64,000 nucleotides of DNA from NCBI GenBank assembly GCA_016716385.1, contig JADJWL010000006.1, positions 16,399 through 80,398 on the forward strand, read 5' to 3'. Position numbers and translations under genes: made by a program. The notes beneath the pieces are model-generated. The model saw only the letters and a program-made list of their open reading frames with translations, was not told where the DNA came from and did not search any database. Positions 20,940 to 30,692 of the stretch are shown here, piece after piece (position 1 is the stretch's first letter; the number at the start of each line of letters is the position of its first letter). Origin of the DNA: Bryobacterales bacterium. GTDB taxonomy: Bacteria; Acidobacteriota; Terriglobia; Bryobacterales; Bryobacteraceae.

Positions 20940-22227
20940 CGCCCGCACCTTCCACGTGCAGAACTTCGGCTGCCGCGCGGCGCAGGCGGACGGGGCGGCG
21001 CTCGCCTCACGACTGGCTGTCGCCGGACTGTCCGAGACGGCTCGCGGCAAGGCGGACCTCGTTGTCCTCAACACCTGCACGGTGACGGCGGCTGCCGACG
21101 AAGACGTGCGGCACGTCATCCTTCGCGTGCACCGCGAGAATCCGGCGGCGCGCATTCTCGTAACCGGCTGCTACGCGCAGCGCGCTCCCGACGAACTCGC
21201 GGCGCTGCCCGGCGTGTCCTGGGTGGTCGGCAATTCGCACAAGACGGCAATTCCAGAGATGTTCGACGGAGGCCGGACGCCCTACCACGGCGAGGTGCGC
21301 GTGGGCGATATCTTTGAACAGCACCAGTTTCTCTCCGCGCCGGTCGAGGAAGCGGCGGGCGACCGCACGCGCCCCAACCTGAAGATCCAGGACGGCTGCA
21401 ACAATCGCTGCTCGTTCTGCATCATTCCGTCGGTCCGTGGCCGCAGCCGCAGCATGCCGGCGGACGCCGTGGTGGTGCAGGTCCGGACGCTGGCGGCGCG
21501 CTACCGGGAGGTCGTGCTGAGCGGCATCAATCTCGGGCGCTGGGGTCGCGAAGCTGGTAGCGGCATGCGGCTGGCTGACCTGGTGGAACGCCTGCTACGC
21601 GAAACCGGCATTGAACGGCTCCGGCTGAGTTCTATCGAGCCGATGGACTTCTCGGATCGTCTCCTGGAACTGATGGCCGGATCCCCGAGGATCGCGCGGC
21701 ACGTTCATGCGCCTCTGCAATCCGGCTCCGATGCGGTGCTGCGGCGGATGCACCGCAAGTACCGGCCGCGCCACTACGCGAAGCGGGTCGAGACGGCGCG
21801 GCGCCTTATGCCGGACGCCGCCATTGGCGCTGACGTGATGGTGGGGTTTCCCGGTGAGACAGACGCCGAGTTCGAGGAGAGCCGCGCATTCATCGAGAAC
21901 CTGCCGTTTACTTACCTGCATGTCTTCACCTACTCGGAGCGGCCGGGAACGCCCGCCGCAACCGCTCCCGGCCCCGTGCCCCTGTCCGTGCGCAAGGGGC
22001 GCAACCGGGTTCTGCGTGAGCTGGCCGCGCGCAAGAACCTCGGCTTTCGCCGGAGCATGGTGGGCCGCGAGCTTTCCGTCGTGACGCTCCGGAATGGCGC
22101 GCTCAGCAGCAACTTCCTCCAGGTTGAGCTTGCCGCTCCGGCCGCTCCGAATGAACTCCGGACAGTCCGCATCGGCGGTGTGAGCCTGGACGGTCTGACC
22201 GAAGCTTCGCCCTTCCCCGTTCTCTGA
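20929..22227 (+). CDS. mtaB: radical-SAM methylthiotransferase, MtaB/MiaB-like tRNA modification enzyme
   Basis: N-terminal UPF0004 domain ('FGCRAAQADG', 'NTCTVT', 'GCYAQ'), radical-SAM 'GCNNRCSFCIIP', and a C-terminal TRAM-like region. Confidence 0.88.
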   Translation: MSSDARTFHVQNFGCRAAQADGAALASRLAVAGLSETARGKADLVVLNTCTVTAAADEDVRHVILRVHRENPAARILVTGCYAQRAPDELAALPGVSWVVGNSHKTAIPEMFDGGRTPYHGEVRVGDIFEQHQFLSAPVEEAAGDRTRPNLKIQDGCNNRCSFCIIPSVRGRSRSMPADAVVVQVRTLAARYREVVLSGINLGRWGREAGSGMRLADLVERLLRETGIERLRLSSIEPMDFSDRLLELMAGSPRIARHVHAPLQSGSDAVLRRMHRKYRPRHYAKRVETARRLMPDAAIGADVMVGFPGETDAEFEESRAFIENLPFTYLHVFTYSERPGTPAATAPGPVPLSVRKGRNRVLRELAARKNLGFRRSMVGRELSVVTLRNGALSSNFLQVELAAPAAPNELRTVRIGGVSLDGLTEASPFPVL

Positions 22228-22232
22228 CTTCT

Positions 22233-22259
22233 GTGAAAAAGCAGGAACAACTTTTTCAC
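22233..22259 (+). terminator. AT-rich perfect 9-bp inverted repeat (GTGAAAAAG-N9-CTTTTTCAC) 6 nt after the mtaB stop
   Basis: Read directly; conspicuous in a GC-rich background. Terminator or protein-binding dyad. Confidence 0.4.
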
Positions 22260-22290
22260 AAATGTTTCGCCTGCCCGTCACGGCTTTGTC

Positions 22291-23166
22291 ATGGCGCGGA
22301 CGGTACGTTCGGGTATGCGTTGCGACATGCACGTCCACACGCGCCACTCCGGCATGTGCAATATCCCGCTGCTGGATCGCGTTTGCCGCGAATGCTACTC
22401 CGACCCCCGCGCTGTGCGGGAAGCCGCACTGGCCCGCGGCATGCATCTGGTGACCGTGACCGATCACGATTCCATCGACGCCGCAGAGGAACTGCGCCGG
22501 CATCCGGACTTCTTCCTCAGCGAGGAGGTGACGTGCACGCTGCCCACGGGCACGGGGTTCCACATGGGTGTCTACGACATCCACGAGCGAGACCACGTGG
22601 AGTTGCAGCGGAGACGCGACGATTTCGAATCGCTTGCCGCGTACCTGCGCGAACGGAACCTGTTCTACACGGTCAACCACGTCTTTTCTTCGCTGACCGG
22701 TCCGCGCAGAGCGGACGACTTCCAGTTGTTCCGCGCGTTCCCCGGCGTCGAAACCCGCAACGGCGCGATGCCCTGGCGGACGAACCGCCATGCGGAAGAA
22801 CTCGCTCTGCGTTTCCGCCAGGCGCCGGTTGGGGGCAGTGACGCCCACAGCATCGCCTACGTGGCGCACGCGTATACCGAGATCCGCGGCGCCCGCACCA
22901 AGGAGGAGTTCCTGTCGGGCATTAAGTCCGGCGCCGGCCTCGTGGGCGGCGCCTCCGGCAGCGCGTGGGCGCTCACGCGGACGGTGCTCGACATCGTCGC
23001 GGCCATGATGCGCGAGACGCCCTGGACCGTTGCGCTCTCCCCGCTGGCATTGGTGCTTCCCGCCGTGATGCTGGGCAACTACGCCCGCGAACGCTGGTTC
23101 GCCTGGCGCTGGATGCGGGCGCTGTCGGCCGGCGAAGGCGCCCGGCTGCCGGTTACGGCGCGTTGA
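22291..23166 (+). CDS. PHP-domain metal-dependent phosphoesterase
   Basis: 'CDMHVHTRHSGMC', 'VTVTDHDSID' and 'GGSDAHS' PHP motifs. The start could instead be the internal MRCDMHVHT. Confidence 0.75.
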   Translation: MARTVRSGMRCDMHVHTRHSGMCNIPLLDRVCRECYSDPRAVREAALARGMHLVTVTDHDSIDAAEELRRHPDFFLSEEVTCTLPTGTGFHMGVYDIHERDHVELQRRRDDFESLAAYLRERNLFYTVNHVFSSLTGPRRADDFQLFRAFPGVETRNGAMPWRTNRHAEELALRFRQAPVGGSDAHSIAYVAHAYTEIRGARTKEEFLSGIKSGAGLVGGASGSAWALTRTVLDIVAAMMRETPWTVALSPLALVLPAVMLGNYARERWFAWRWMRALSAGEGARLPVTAR

Positions 23167-23204
23167 ATGCGCAACTGAGTTGCCGTTGTGGTATAAGACG
23201 GTTT

Positions 23205-24215
23205 GTGCCCAGTTTCCTTCCCACGCGACGCCAGTTCACCGCCGCAGCCCTCGCCGGCTTCGCGGCAGCCTGCTCCCGGCCGTCGGCTCCACGAGAGATC
23301 ACGATCTATTCGGGCCGAGGCGAAAACCTGATCGGTCCGCTCCTGCAGAAAGCTGAGACCGCGCTCGGCGTGAAGATCAATGTGCGCTATGGCAACTCGG
23401 CGCAGATGGCGCTTGCGATTCTGGAAGAGGGGCAGAACACGCGGGCCGACATCTTCATCGCCCAGGAGTCGGGCGCACTAGGTGCACTCGCGCGGGAGAA
23501 TCTGCTGACGCGCCTGCCGGATGAAGTGCTGAACCGTGTCGACCGCCGGTTCCGGTCGCCCGAGGGACTGTGGGTGGGCCTCTCTGGGCGAACCCGGGTC
23601 ATCGACTACAACACGAAGCTGGTCCCGAAAGAGGATCTGCCCGCCTCGGTCTCCGATTTGACGCAGCCGAAGTGGAAGGGCAAAGTGGGCTGGGCGCCGG
23701 CGAACGGAAGCTTCCAGGCGTTTGTGACGGCAATGCGGCTCACCGAGGGCGACGAGCGCACACAGGCGTGGCTGCGGGCGATGAAGTCCAACGGCGCGCG
23801 CGACTATCCCAGCAATGCACCGATCGTCGAAGCTCTCGGCCGCGGCGAGATCCACCTGGGGCTGGTCAACAATTACTACCTGTACCGCTTCACGGCCGGG
23901 AATCCCGATTTCCCCGTTGCCCACCATTACACGAAAGGCGACGCCGGGTGTCTCGTTCTGGTGTCCGGAGCGGGCGTGTTGACCACAGCCGGGGAGCGCA
24001 GCGCCGATGCGCTCAGCGTAATCCGCTACCTGCTCTCTGAACCGGCTCAGCAGCACTTCGCCGATGAGAACAACGAGTATCCGCTGGTCTTTTCCGTGGA
24101 GGCTCCAGCGAACCGGGTCCCGCTGAGCGAGATCGATCCGCCGGACATCGACCTCAGCCGCCTCGGCGATCTCGAAGGAACGTTGAAGCTGTTGAACGCC
24201 GCGGGCGTGCTCTAG
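23205..24215 (+). CDS. ABC transporter substrate-binding protein, Fe(III)/FbpA-AfuA-like, Tat/lipoprotein-type leader
   Basis: GTG start chosen downstream of the PHP stop. Leader 'PTRRQFTAAALAGFAAACS', then the periplasmic-binding fold 'ITIYSGRGENLIGPL', 'GWAPANGSFQAF' and 'VNNYYLYR'. Confidence 0.8.
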   Translation: MPSFLPTRRQFTAAALAGFAAACSRPSAPREITIYSGRGENLIGPLLQKAETALGVKINVRYGNSAQMALAILEEGQNTRADIFIAQESGALGALARENLLTRLPDEVLNRVDRRFRSPEGLWVGLSGRTRVIDYNTKLVPKEDLPASVSDLTQPKWKGKVGWAPANGSFQAFVTAMRLTEGDERTQAWLRAMKSNGARDYPSNAPIVEALGRGEIHLGLVNNYYLYRFTAGNPDFPVAHHYTKGDAGCLVLVSGAGVLTTAGERSADALSVIRYLLSEPAQQHFADENNEYPLVFSVEAPANRVPLSEIDPPDIDLSRLGDLEGTLKLLNAAGVL

Positions 24216-24222
24216 GACGCCG

Positions 24223-25863
24223 GTGCGGGTTCCGCTGGCATGGCAGGCCGGCCCGTACGGCCGCGGATCCTGCGCGGCGGCCCTCTACCTGGCCAGTACC
24301 CTTTCGCTCGCTGCGCTGTCGGTGCCGCTTCTCTACCTGGTGCTGCGGGCCGCCGGTATCGGGCCGCTTGCGCTCGTCGAAGTGGTTGCTTCGGCGCAAG
24401 GTCTGCGCGTGCTGGCCAACAGCCTGTTGCTTGCTGCCGGCGTGGCGCTGGTCAGCCTGCTGATCGCCCTGCCGATGGCGATCCTGACGGCCCGGACGGA
24501 TCTGCCCTGGCGCCGCTTCTGGACGATCCTTGGCGTGCTGCCGCTGGCTGTACCCAGCTATGTCGGCAGTTTCGCCATCATCGCCGCCTTCGCGCCCCGT
24601 GGCAGTTACCTGCAAGTACTGCTCGAGCCGTTCGGCGTTGAGGAACTGCCGTCGATCATCGGCTGGCCGGGCGCGATCGCGGGGATCGCGCTGTTCACCT
24701 ATCCCTACCTGCTGCTGACACTGCGCTCGGGGCTCTTCGGCATCAATCCCGCGACGGAAGAGGCGGCGCGCAGTCTTGGACTGCGCCGCCGCGATACGAT
24801 CTTGCGGGTTCTGCTCCCGCAGTTGCGCCCGGCTCTGGCGGCAGGCATGCTGCTTGTCGCCCTCTATTCCTTGCGCGATCTCGGAACGCCCGCGCTCATG
24901 CGCGTTGATACGTTCACGCGCGTCATCTATCTCCAATACACGCTGAGTTTCGACCGCAACCGGGCGGCGGCGCTGGCGATCATGCTCGCGGTCACGGTAA
25001 TGATCCTGCTATGGGTCGAGTCGCGGACGCGGACGCGGGCCGCCTACTGGAGCCGCCGGGGCACGGCAAGGCCACAGCCGGTGCTTCGTCTGGGCGCGTG
25101 GAAATGGCCCTCGGTGCTGTTCTGCGCGGCGGTTGCGTCGCTGACGCTGGCGTTGCCCATCGGCGTCTCGCTCCTCTGGTTCACGCGTGGGGTCCGGACG
25201 GGGGCGCTGGGTCCGTTGCATTGGGCGCGAACTCTTGAGGTGACAGTCAACAGCCTGTCTCTCTCCGGTCTGACCGCGCTTGCCGTCGTTCTGTTCGCCC
25301 TGCCGGTGGCGATCCTCGCCGCCCGCGCTCCGGGAAAGTTGACGGCTTCGGTCGAGCGGTTCGCCTACGTCGCGTTCGGACTGCCGGGGATCGTCGTCGC
25401 TCTGGCTCTGGTGTTCGCCAGCGCCCAGTTCCTGCCCGTGCTCTACCAGACGCAGGTCCTGCTGTTGTTCGCCTGTTTCGTTCTCTTCTTCCCGCAGGGT
25501 CTCGGCGCGATTCGCGCCACACTGCTGCAACTGAACCCGCAGCTCGAGGAATCGGCTGCATCCCTTGGGTACGGGCCGTGGCGCACTTTTGGAAGCGTTA
25601 CGTTACCCCTCGCGGCGCCCGGACTGGTGACCGGCGCGTTGCTCGTCTTCCTGACCGCGATGAAGGAGTTGCCGGCGACGTTGCTGCTGGCGCCGACGGG
25701 GTACGACACACTCGCCACCCGCGTGTGGAAAGCCACCGAAGATGTCTATTTCGCCGAAGCGGCGGTTTACTCGCTTGCCATCGTCGTGGTTTGCGCGGGC
25801 CTCATCCTCGCGGTGATCCGGCGCGGCGGAGCGGCAATTCCCGTGGACGATGTGCCACAATAG
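24223..25863 (+). CDS. ABC transporter permease, duplicated (two-domain) FbpB/AfuB-like
   Basis: 546-aa protein with two MetI-like halves, each carrying an EAA-type loop ('EEAARSLGLRRRDTI', 'EESAASLGYGPWRTF'). Confidence 0.85.
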   Translation: MRVPLAWQAGPYGRGSCAAALYLASTLSLAALSVPLLYLVLRAAGIGPLALVEVVASAQGLRVLANSLLLAAGVALVSLLIALPMAILTARTDLPWRRFWTILGVLPLAVPSYVGSFAIIAAFAPRGSYLQVLLEPFGVEELPSIIGWPGAIAGIALFTYPYLLLTLRSGLFGINPATEEAARSLGLRRRDTILRVLLPQLRPALAAGMLLVALYSLRDLGTPALMRVDTFTRVIYLQYTLSFDRNRAAALAIMLAVTVMILLWVESRTRTRAAYWSRRGTARPQPVLRLGAWKWPSVLFCAAVASLTLALPIGVSLLWFTRGVRTGALGPLHWARTLEVTVNSLSLSGLTALAVVLFALPVAILAARAPGKLTASVERFAYVAFGLPGIVVALALVFASAQFLPVLYQTQVLLLFACFVLFFPQGLGAIRATLLQLNPQLEESAASLGYGPWRTFGSVTLPLAAPGLVTGALLVFLTAMKELPATLLLAPTGYDTLATRVWKATEDVYFAEAAVYSLAIVVVCAGLILAVIRRGGAAIPVDDVPQ

Positions 25864-25882
25864 CGGTTGACATCCAGTTGCA

Positions 25883-26911
25883 ATGCCCGCAGGCGCACAT
25901 CTCTCCCTCCGGAACGTGACGAAACGCTTTCCCGGATCCGCCCGGCCGGCGGTGGACCGCGTGCGGATGGAAGCGGACGAACGTGCGTTTCTCGCGCTGC
26001 TCGGCCCGTCCGGCTGCGGCAAGACGACTCTTCTGCGGTTGATTGCCGGCTTTGAATCGCCGGACTCCGGCAGCATCGCCCTTGGCGGGCGCACCGTTGC
26101 TGGAGACGGTGTCTGGCTGCCTCCGGAGCGGCGGGGAGTGGGGATGGTTTTTCAGGACTTCGCCCTGTTTCCCCATCTCACCGTCTCCGGCAATGTCCGG
26201 TTCGGACTCGGACGGCATCCCGAAGCCAGGTGGCGCGAGGCGCATGTGCTGGAACTGGTGGGGATGACCGGCCTCGAACACCGCTATCCGCACGAGCTTT
26301 CCGGCGGCCAGCAGCAGCGCGTCGCGCTCGCCCGCGCGCTGGCGCCGCAGCCGCAGGTGATTCTCATGGACGAACCGCTCAGCAATCTTGATGTCCAGAT
26401 GCGGTTGCGCCTGCGTCAGGAATTGCGCACGATCCTCAAAAGCGAGGGCGTTACCGGTGTCCTGGTCACCCACGACCAGGAGGAGGCGCTTTCCCTGGCG
26501 GACTGGGTCGCCGTCATGCATGACGGGCGCATCGAACAAATGGGCCGGCCCGAAGAAGTGCACGAAGCGCCGGCGACACGGTTCGTCGCGGCGTTCGTCA
26601 CGCAGGCAAACTTTGTCGACCGCGCCGCCGCCCCGCGCGGCCTGCTTCCCGCGGACGCAGAGGGGGAAGTCATGATCCGGCGGGAGGACCTTGTTCTGAC
26701 CGCCGATCCCGGCGGCCCCGCCACCGTCGTCGACCGCCAGTTCCTGGGCCGTGACTACTGCTATCGCGTGGAGTCCCCCGGACTCGTTCTGTTCGCACGG
26801 ACTCCGGCTGCTTGCGTGCTTGAGCCGGGCATGAGAGTCCGTCCCTCGGTCCATCCCTCGCGGATCCGGACCTTCGACCAGGCGCCGGCCGAGACGGTCG
26901 CGCAGATCTGA
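25883..26911 (+). CDS. ABC transporter ATP-binding protein (FbpC/PotA-like)
   Basis: Walker A 'GPSGCGKTT', signature 'LSGGQQQRVALARAL', Walker B 'ILMDEPLS' and H-loop 'VTHDQEEA'. Confidence 0.9.
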   Translation: MPAGAHLSLRNVTKRFPGSARPAVDRVRMEADERAFLALLGPSGCGKTTLLRLIAGFESPDSGSIALGGRTVAGDGVWLPPERRGVGMVFQDFALFPHLTVSGNVRFGLGRHPEARWREAHVLELVGMTGLEHRYPHELSGGQQQRVALARALAPQPQVILMDEPLSNLDVQMRLRLRQELRTILKSEGVTGVLVTHDQEEALSLADWVAVMHDGRIEQMGRPEEVHEAPATRFVAAFVTQANFVDRAAAPRGLLPADAEGEVMIRREDLVLTADPGGPATVVDRQFLGRDYCYRVESPGLVLFARTPAACVLEPGMRVRPSVHPSRIRTFDQAPAETVAQI

Positions 26912-26912
26912 G

Positions 26913-28133
26913 CTACCGTACCGCCGTCACCTGCACCTGCTCCAGTTGCTGCTGGATCACCTGCACCGTCGTACGGGCCGGCGGATTCTTCGGGAAGTAC
27001 TCCCTGAAGATGGCGTTCATCGCGTCCATCTGCCCGATGTCTTTCAGGTAGACGTGCGCGTCGACGACGTGTTCGAGATCCATGCCCGCCACGCGCAGGG
27101 TATCGCGGATCGTATTGAGGGAATCCCGCATCTGCGCCTCAAGAGTATCGCCGGATCCGGACTTCCCTGACGTGTACAGAGTGTCGCCGGCCAGGACGCC
27201 GCCGTTCGACGACGTCGGGCTGGGTCCGGCGAAACCAGGCAGCGCGCGTCCCCGGTTTGCGCGGTCGCGCGTGGCGATGAACGTGATCTCGACGCCAATC
27301 GTCCCCGGCAGTTTCGACACGCAGAAGCTCGCCCGGCTGGGCGCGAGACCGAGCGGAAAGTAATCCTTGTAGACCGAGTTCAACTTGCCGTAGGTGGGGC
27401 CGCGGTAGCCGTCCGGGTCGAGGAAGTAGACGTTCGTGAAGACGGCGTCTTTGTGCTCGAGGCCGGCGGCGGCCAGGATCTGGCCGATGTTCTCCATCGT
27501 CTGCTTTGTCTGGCCCTCGATTGCCGGATCGAGCTCGTTCGTCTTGGGTTGACGCCCACCGCTGCCCGACACGTAGAGCGTATCGCCGGCCCAGACGCCC
27601 GGCCGGTAGGGACCCATCGCCACCGGGATGGTCCCTTCGGGCGGGATCACGTGGCTGATCTTGCTCTTGTCGGCGTAGGCGATACAACTCACCTCGATGT
27701 TCGAGCCGCCCGGCAGTCCGGGAAACTCGAGCGTCGTGCGTGCGGGATAGTGGTCAGGACCGAAGTAGCTCCCATAGACTTCGTTCATTTCCTTGTACTG
27801 GCCCATGTCGGCGAGCTGCACGTGGCAGGTCACGACGTTGCCGTAATCCATGCCCGCGGCGCGCAGCACGTGGCCCATGTTGTCCATGGCCATGCGGGTC
27901 TGCGCGGCGATGCCGGAGGGCTGTTCGCCCGTTTGCGGGTCCTTGTCGACCTGCCCCGCGATGTAAAGCGTTTCGCCGGCGAGCACGCCGGGCGTGTAAG
28001 GCTTGCCGGCCTTGAACTCAGCCGGGTAGATGAACTTTCGCGGACTCGAGTAGGGGCTTGGGGCCGTGGTCGGCGATGAGCAGGCGGTCGCTGCCGCGAG
28101 CGCGCACGCGAGGAGAATCAGCCGGGTTTTCAC
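26913..28133 (-). CDS. lipoprotein made of three tandem RidA/YjgF/L-PSP domains
   Basis: Lipobox 'LLACALAAATACS'. Three roughly 125-aa repeats each have 'G(D/E)TLY(I/V/T)(A/S)G' and a C-terminal 'P(A/S)R(T/A)' arginine motif ('YPARTTL', 'APSRASF', 'PPARTTV'). Confidence 0.85.
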   Translation of the reverse strand: MKTRLILLACALAAATACSSPTTAPSPYSSPRKFIYPAEFKAGKPYTPGVLAGETLYIAGQVDKDPQTGEQPSGIAAQTRMAMDNMGHVLRAAGMDYGNVVTCHVQLADMGQYKEMNEVYGSYFGPDHYPARTTLEFPGLPGGSNIEVSCIAYADKSKISHVIPPEGTIPVAMGPYRPGVWAGDTLYVSGSGGRQPKTNELDPAIEGQTKQTMENIGQILAAAGLEHKDAVFTNVYFLDPDGYRGPTYGKLNSVYKDYFPLGLAPSRASFCVSKLPGTIGVEITFIATRDRANRGRALPGFAGPSPTSSNGGVLAGDTLYTSGKSGSGDTLEAQMRDSLNTIRDTLRVAGMDLEHVVDAHVYLKDIGQMDAMNAIFREYFPKNPPARTTVQVIQQQLEQVQVTAVR

Positions 28134-28188
28134 GCCGTTAGATTATCAGATCGAATTAGAGTAGAGTGCGAGGTAACGAGGCAATCGA

Positions 28189-29439
28189 ATGAAGCTCAAC
28201 CGGCGAAGACTCCTGCAATCGGCCCTGGGCGCCACGGCATCGGCCGCGGCTGCCGCCGCTCCTGACTGGAAGAAGATCCGCGGGGACTTCCCCTGGATCC
28301 AGCGCAATGTGTGGCTGACGGCGGCGGACTACCACCCGGTCGGCTCGCACACGCTGCGGGCGATGGAGCGGTACCTCGCGTCGCGCGTGCAGGGTCCTGG
28401 CGCGAACCGGTCGCCCTTCACGGGGGACGAGCAGCGCGAAACCCGCGAGATGTTCGGCAAGCTGATCAACGCCAAGCCCAGCGAGATCGCGTTCGTCCAG
28501 AACACGACCGACGCAGAGAACATCGTCGTGGCGGGCATGGACTTCGGCCAAGGCGGCAACGTGGTGATCGACGACTTGCACTACCAGGCGTCGAAGTACC
28601 TGTACCACATGCTCGCCAAGAAGGGCGCCATCGAGTTGCGCGTGGTCCGGCACGAGCCGGGCGAACCGTGGACCATCACGGCGAAGCAGATGGAGCGCGC
28701 CATCGACCGCAAGACAAAGCTCGTCTCGATCGCGCTGGTCTCCAACATCAACGGTTTCCTGCACGACGTGAAAGCGACGAGCGAGATCGCGCATGCGCAT
28801 GGCGCCCTGGTGTACGGCGACATCATCCAGGGCGCGGGATGCATCCCGATTGACGTGAAGGCGATGGGCATCGACGCCGCCGGCTGCGGCAGCTACAAGT
28901 GGCTGATGTCCGACAAGGGCTTCGGTTTTCTCTACGTGCGCGAGGATCTTCACGACACCCGCATCAAGCGGACCCGCTATGGCGTGCGGCAGTACAGCAA
29001 CCCGAACCGCGCGCAGGCCGATTCCCAGTTCACGCTTCTCCCCGGGGCGGTGTGTTACGAAGCAAGTGGGACGTTTTCGAGCTGTGCGGGCATCGGTATG
29101 CATGCGTCGCTGCGGTATATCCACGATCTCGGCATGCCGAACATCCGGGCGCACGCGAAGCGGCTCACGGACCGCCTGCAAAAGGAACTGCCGGGAATGG
29201 GCTACGCCCCGCTGACGCCGCCGGACAATCCCACGCCCATTGTCAGCTTCCTGACGCCGGACTACGAGAAGGCGATCGCGAAGGTGCAAAAGGCGTTCGG
29301 CGAGACGGTGATCGCATTCCGCCGCTGGGAGGTGACCGACGACCGTGGGCGAGTCGACATCGTCAAGGGGATGCGCATTTCGCCGTCGGTGTACAACAAC
29401 GATGACGACGTCGACCGGCTGTTGAACGCGCTGTCGTAA
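28189..29439 (+). CDS. class-V aminotransferase-fold PLP enzyme with twin-arginine signal
   Basis: Tat motif '[22 protein letters not shown]', 'DDLHYQASKY', 'ALVSNINGF', 'VYGDIIQGAG' and putative PLP lysine in 'GSYKWLMSDKGFGFLY'. Confidence 0.8.
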   Translation: MKLNRRRLLQSALGATASAAAAAAPDWKKIRGDFPWIQRNVWLTAADYHPVGSHTLRAMERYLASRVQGPGANRSPFTGDEQRETREMFGKLINAKPSEIAFVQNTTDAENIVVAGMDFGQGGNVVIDDLHYQASKYLYHMLAKKGAIELRVVRHEPGEPWTITAKQMERAIDRKTKLVSIALVSNINGFLHDVKATSEIAHAHGALVYGDIIQGAGCIPIDVKAMGIDAAGCGSYKWLMSDKGFGFLYVREDLHDTRIKRTRYGVRQYSNPNRAQADSQFTLLPGAVCYEASGTFSSCAGIGMHASLRYIHDLGMPNIRAHAKRLTDRLQKELPGMGYAPLTPPDNPTPIVSFLTPDYEKAIAKVQKAFGETVIAFRRWEVTDDRGRVDIVKGMRISPSVYNNDDDVDRLLNALS

Positions 29440-29504
29440 ACCGGGTGGGCGGTAGCCAAGGTCACAGAGCGATCCGCTCCTCAGCGCCCCGTTACACTGG
29501 AGGT

Positions 29505-30692
29505 ATGAGGATCCTCCTGTTCAGTGGCAAGGGCGGCGTCGGCAAGACCAGCCTCGCCGCGGCTACTGGACTCCAGTTGTCCCGTCTCGGCTACGATACC
29601 CTCGTCATGAGCGTGGACCCGGCGCATAGCCTGGCCGACGCCTTCGACCTCGGCGACAGCCTTTTCCACAGTAAGACCGGCGATCCTTACCGGCTTACAG
29701 ATAAACTCGCCATCCACGAAGTCAACATCCAAAAGGAAATCAAGCGCCACTGGCGGGAGATCAGCTCCTACGTGATATCCGTTCTCCGGACCACGGGCAT
29801 CAACGAAGTCGAGGCTGAAGAACTGGCGATTCTCCCCGGCATGGAAGAGCTCTCGGCCATGATGTACGTGAACCAGCACCGCCGCGAAGGACGGTTCCAG
29901 GTGGTCGTACTCGATTGCGCTCCTACGGCCGAGTCGCTGCGCTTCGTCAGCATGCCGACCACGCTCGACTGGTACATGAAGCACATCTTCCCGTTCCACA
30001 GGGGCCTGGCTAAAGCCGTGCGGCCGATCGCCAACCGCGTGTCTCCGGTGGAACTGCCCACGGACAGCTACTTCGCCAACATTGCCGATCTGTTCGCAAA
30101 GCTGGACGGCATCCCGGAACTGCTCGAGGATCCCAACGTGACCAGTGTCCGGCTGGTGACCAATCCGGAGAAAATGGTGCTGCGGGAGACGCAGCGCGCG
30201 TTCGTCTACTTTTCGCTGCACGGACTGACCGTGGACCAGATCCTGGTAAACCGTGTGCTGCCGGAGTCCGTCCAGGACAGCTTCTTCGAAGAATGGCGGG
30301 CAAACCAGGCGCGCATCATCGAGGAGATCGAAACCTACTTCGCGCCGGTCGGGATCAAGCGCGTGCCGCTGTTTACGCGCGAGGTCCTGGGCCAGCAACG
30401 ATTGGAAGAACTGGCCAATACGATCTTCGCCGATGGAGAAGATCCCGCCGCCGTCCTGCGCACCGAAGCTCCCTACCACTTCGTCAAAGCCAACGGCCAC
30501 TACGAAGTGCGGGTGGCGTTACCGTTCGCGGCCAAGGGAGAGGTAGGCTTGTTCAAGAAGGGCGATGAACTGGTGGTGGAGGTTGGCACGCTGCGCCGCC
30601 ATATCGGGCTCCCGACCACGATGAGCAACCTGACCCCGACCCGGGCGCGGCTGGAGAACAAAGTCCTGACAGTGGAGATGAAGGAGGTATGA
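29505..30692 (+). CDS. ArsA/GET3/TRC40-family ATPase with C-terminal Hsp20/CS-like beta-sandwich
   Basis: Deviant Walker A 'SGKGGVGKTS', 'SVDPAHSLADAF' and 'VVLDCAPTAESLRF'. The C-terminal 'YEVRVALPFAAKGEVGLFKKGDELVVEVG..RRHIGLP' is alpha-crystallin-like. Start set at MRILLF with GGAGG upstream. Confidence 0.85.
   Translation: MRILLFSGKGGVGKTSLAAATGLQLSRLGYDTLVMSVDPAHSLADAFDLGDSLFHSKTGDPYRLTDKLAIHEVNIQKEIKRHWREISSYVISVLRTTGINEVEAEELAILPGMEELSAMMYVNQHRREGRFQVVVLDCAPTAESLRFVSMPTTLDWYMKHIFPFHRGLAKAVRPIANRVSPVELPTDSYFANIADLFAKLDGIPELLEDPNVTSVRLVTNPEKMVLRETQRAFVYFSLHGLTVDQILVNRVLPESVQDSFFEEWRANQARIIEEIETYFAPVGIKRVPLFTREVLGQQRLEELANTIFADGEDPAAVLRTEAPYHFVKANGHYEVRVALPFAAKGEVGLFKKGDELVVEVGTLRRHIGLPTTMSNLTPTRARLENKVLTVEMKEV

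Noticed and set aside
22232-22260. TGTGA...TCACA half-sites resembling a CRP box
   Set aside because: The half-sites are 19 nt apart rather than the 6 nt of a CRP/FNR-type site, so the dyad is treated only as a generic hairpin or operator.
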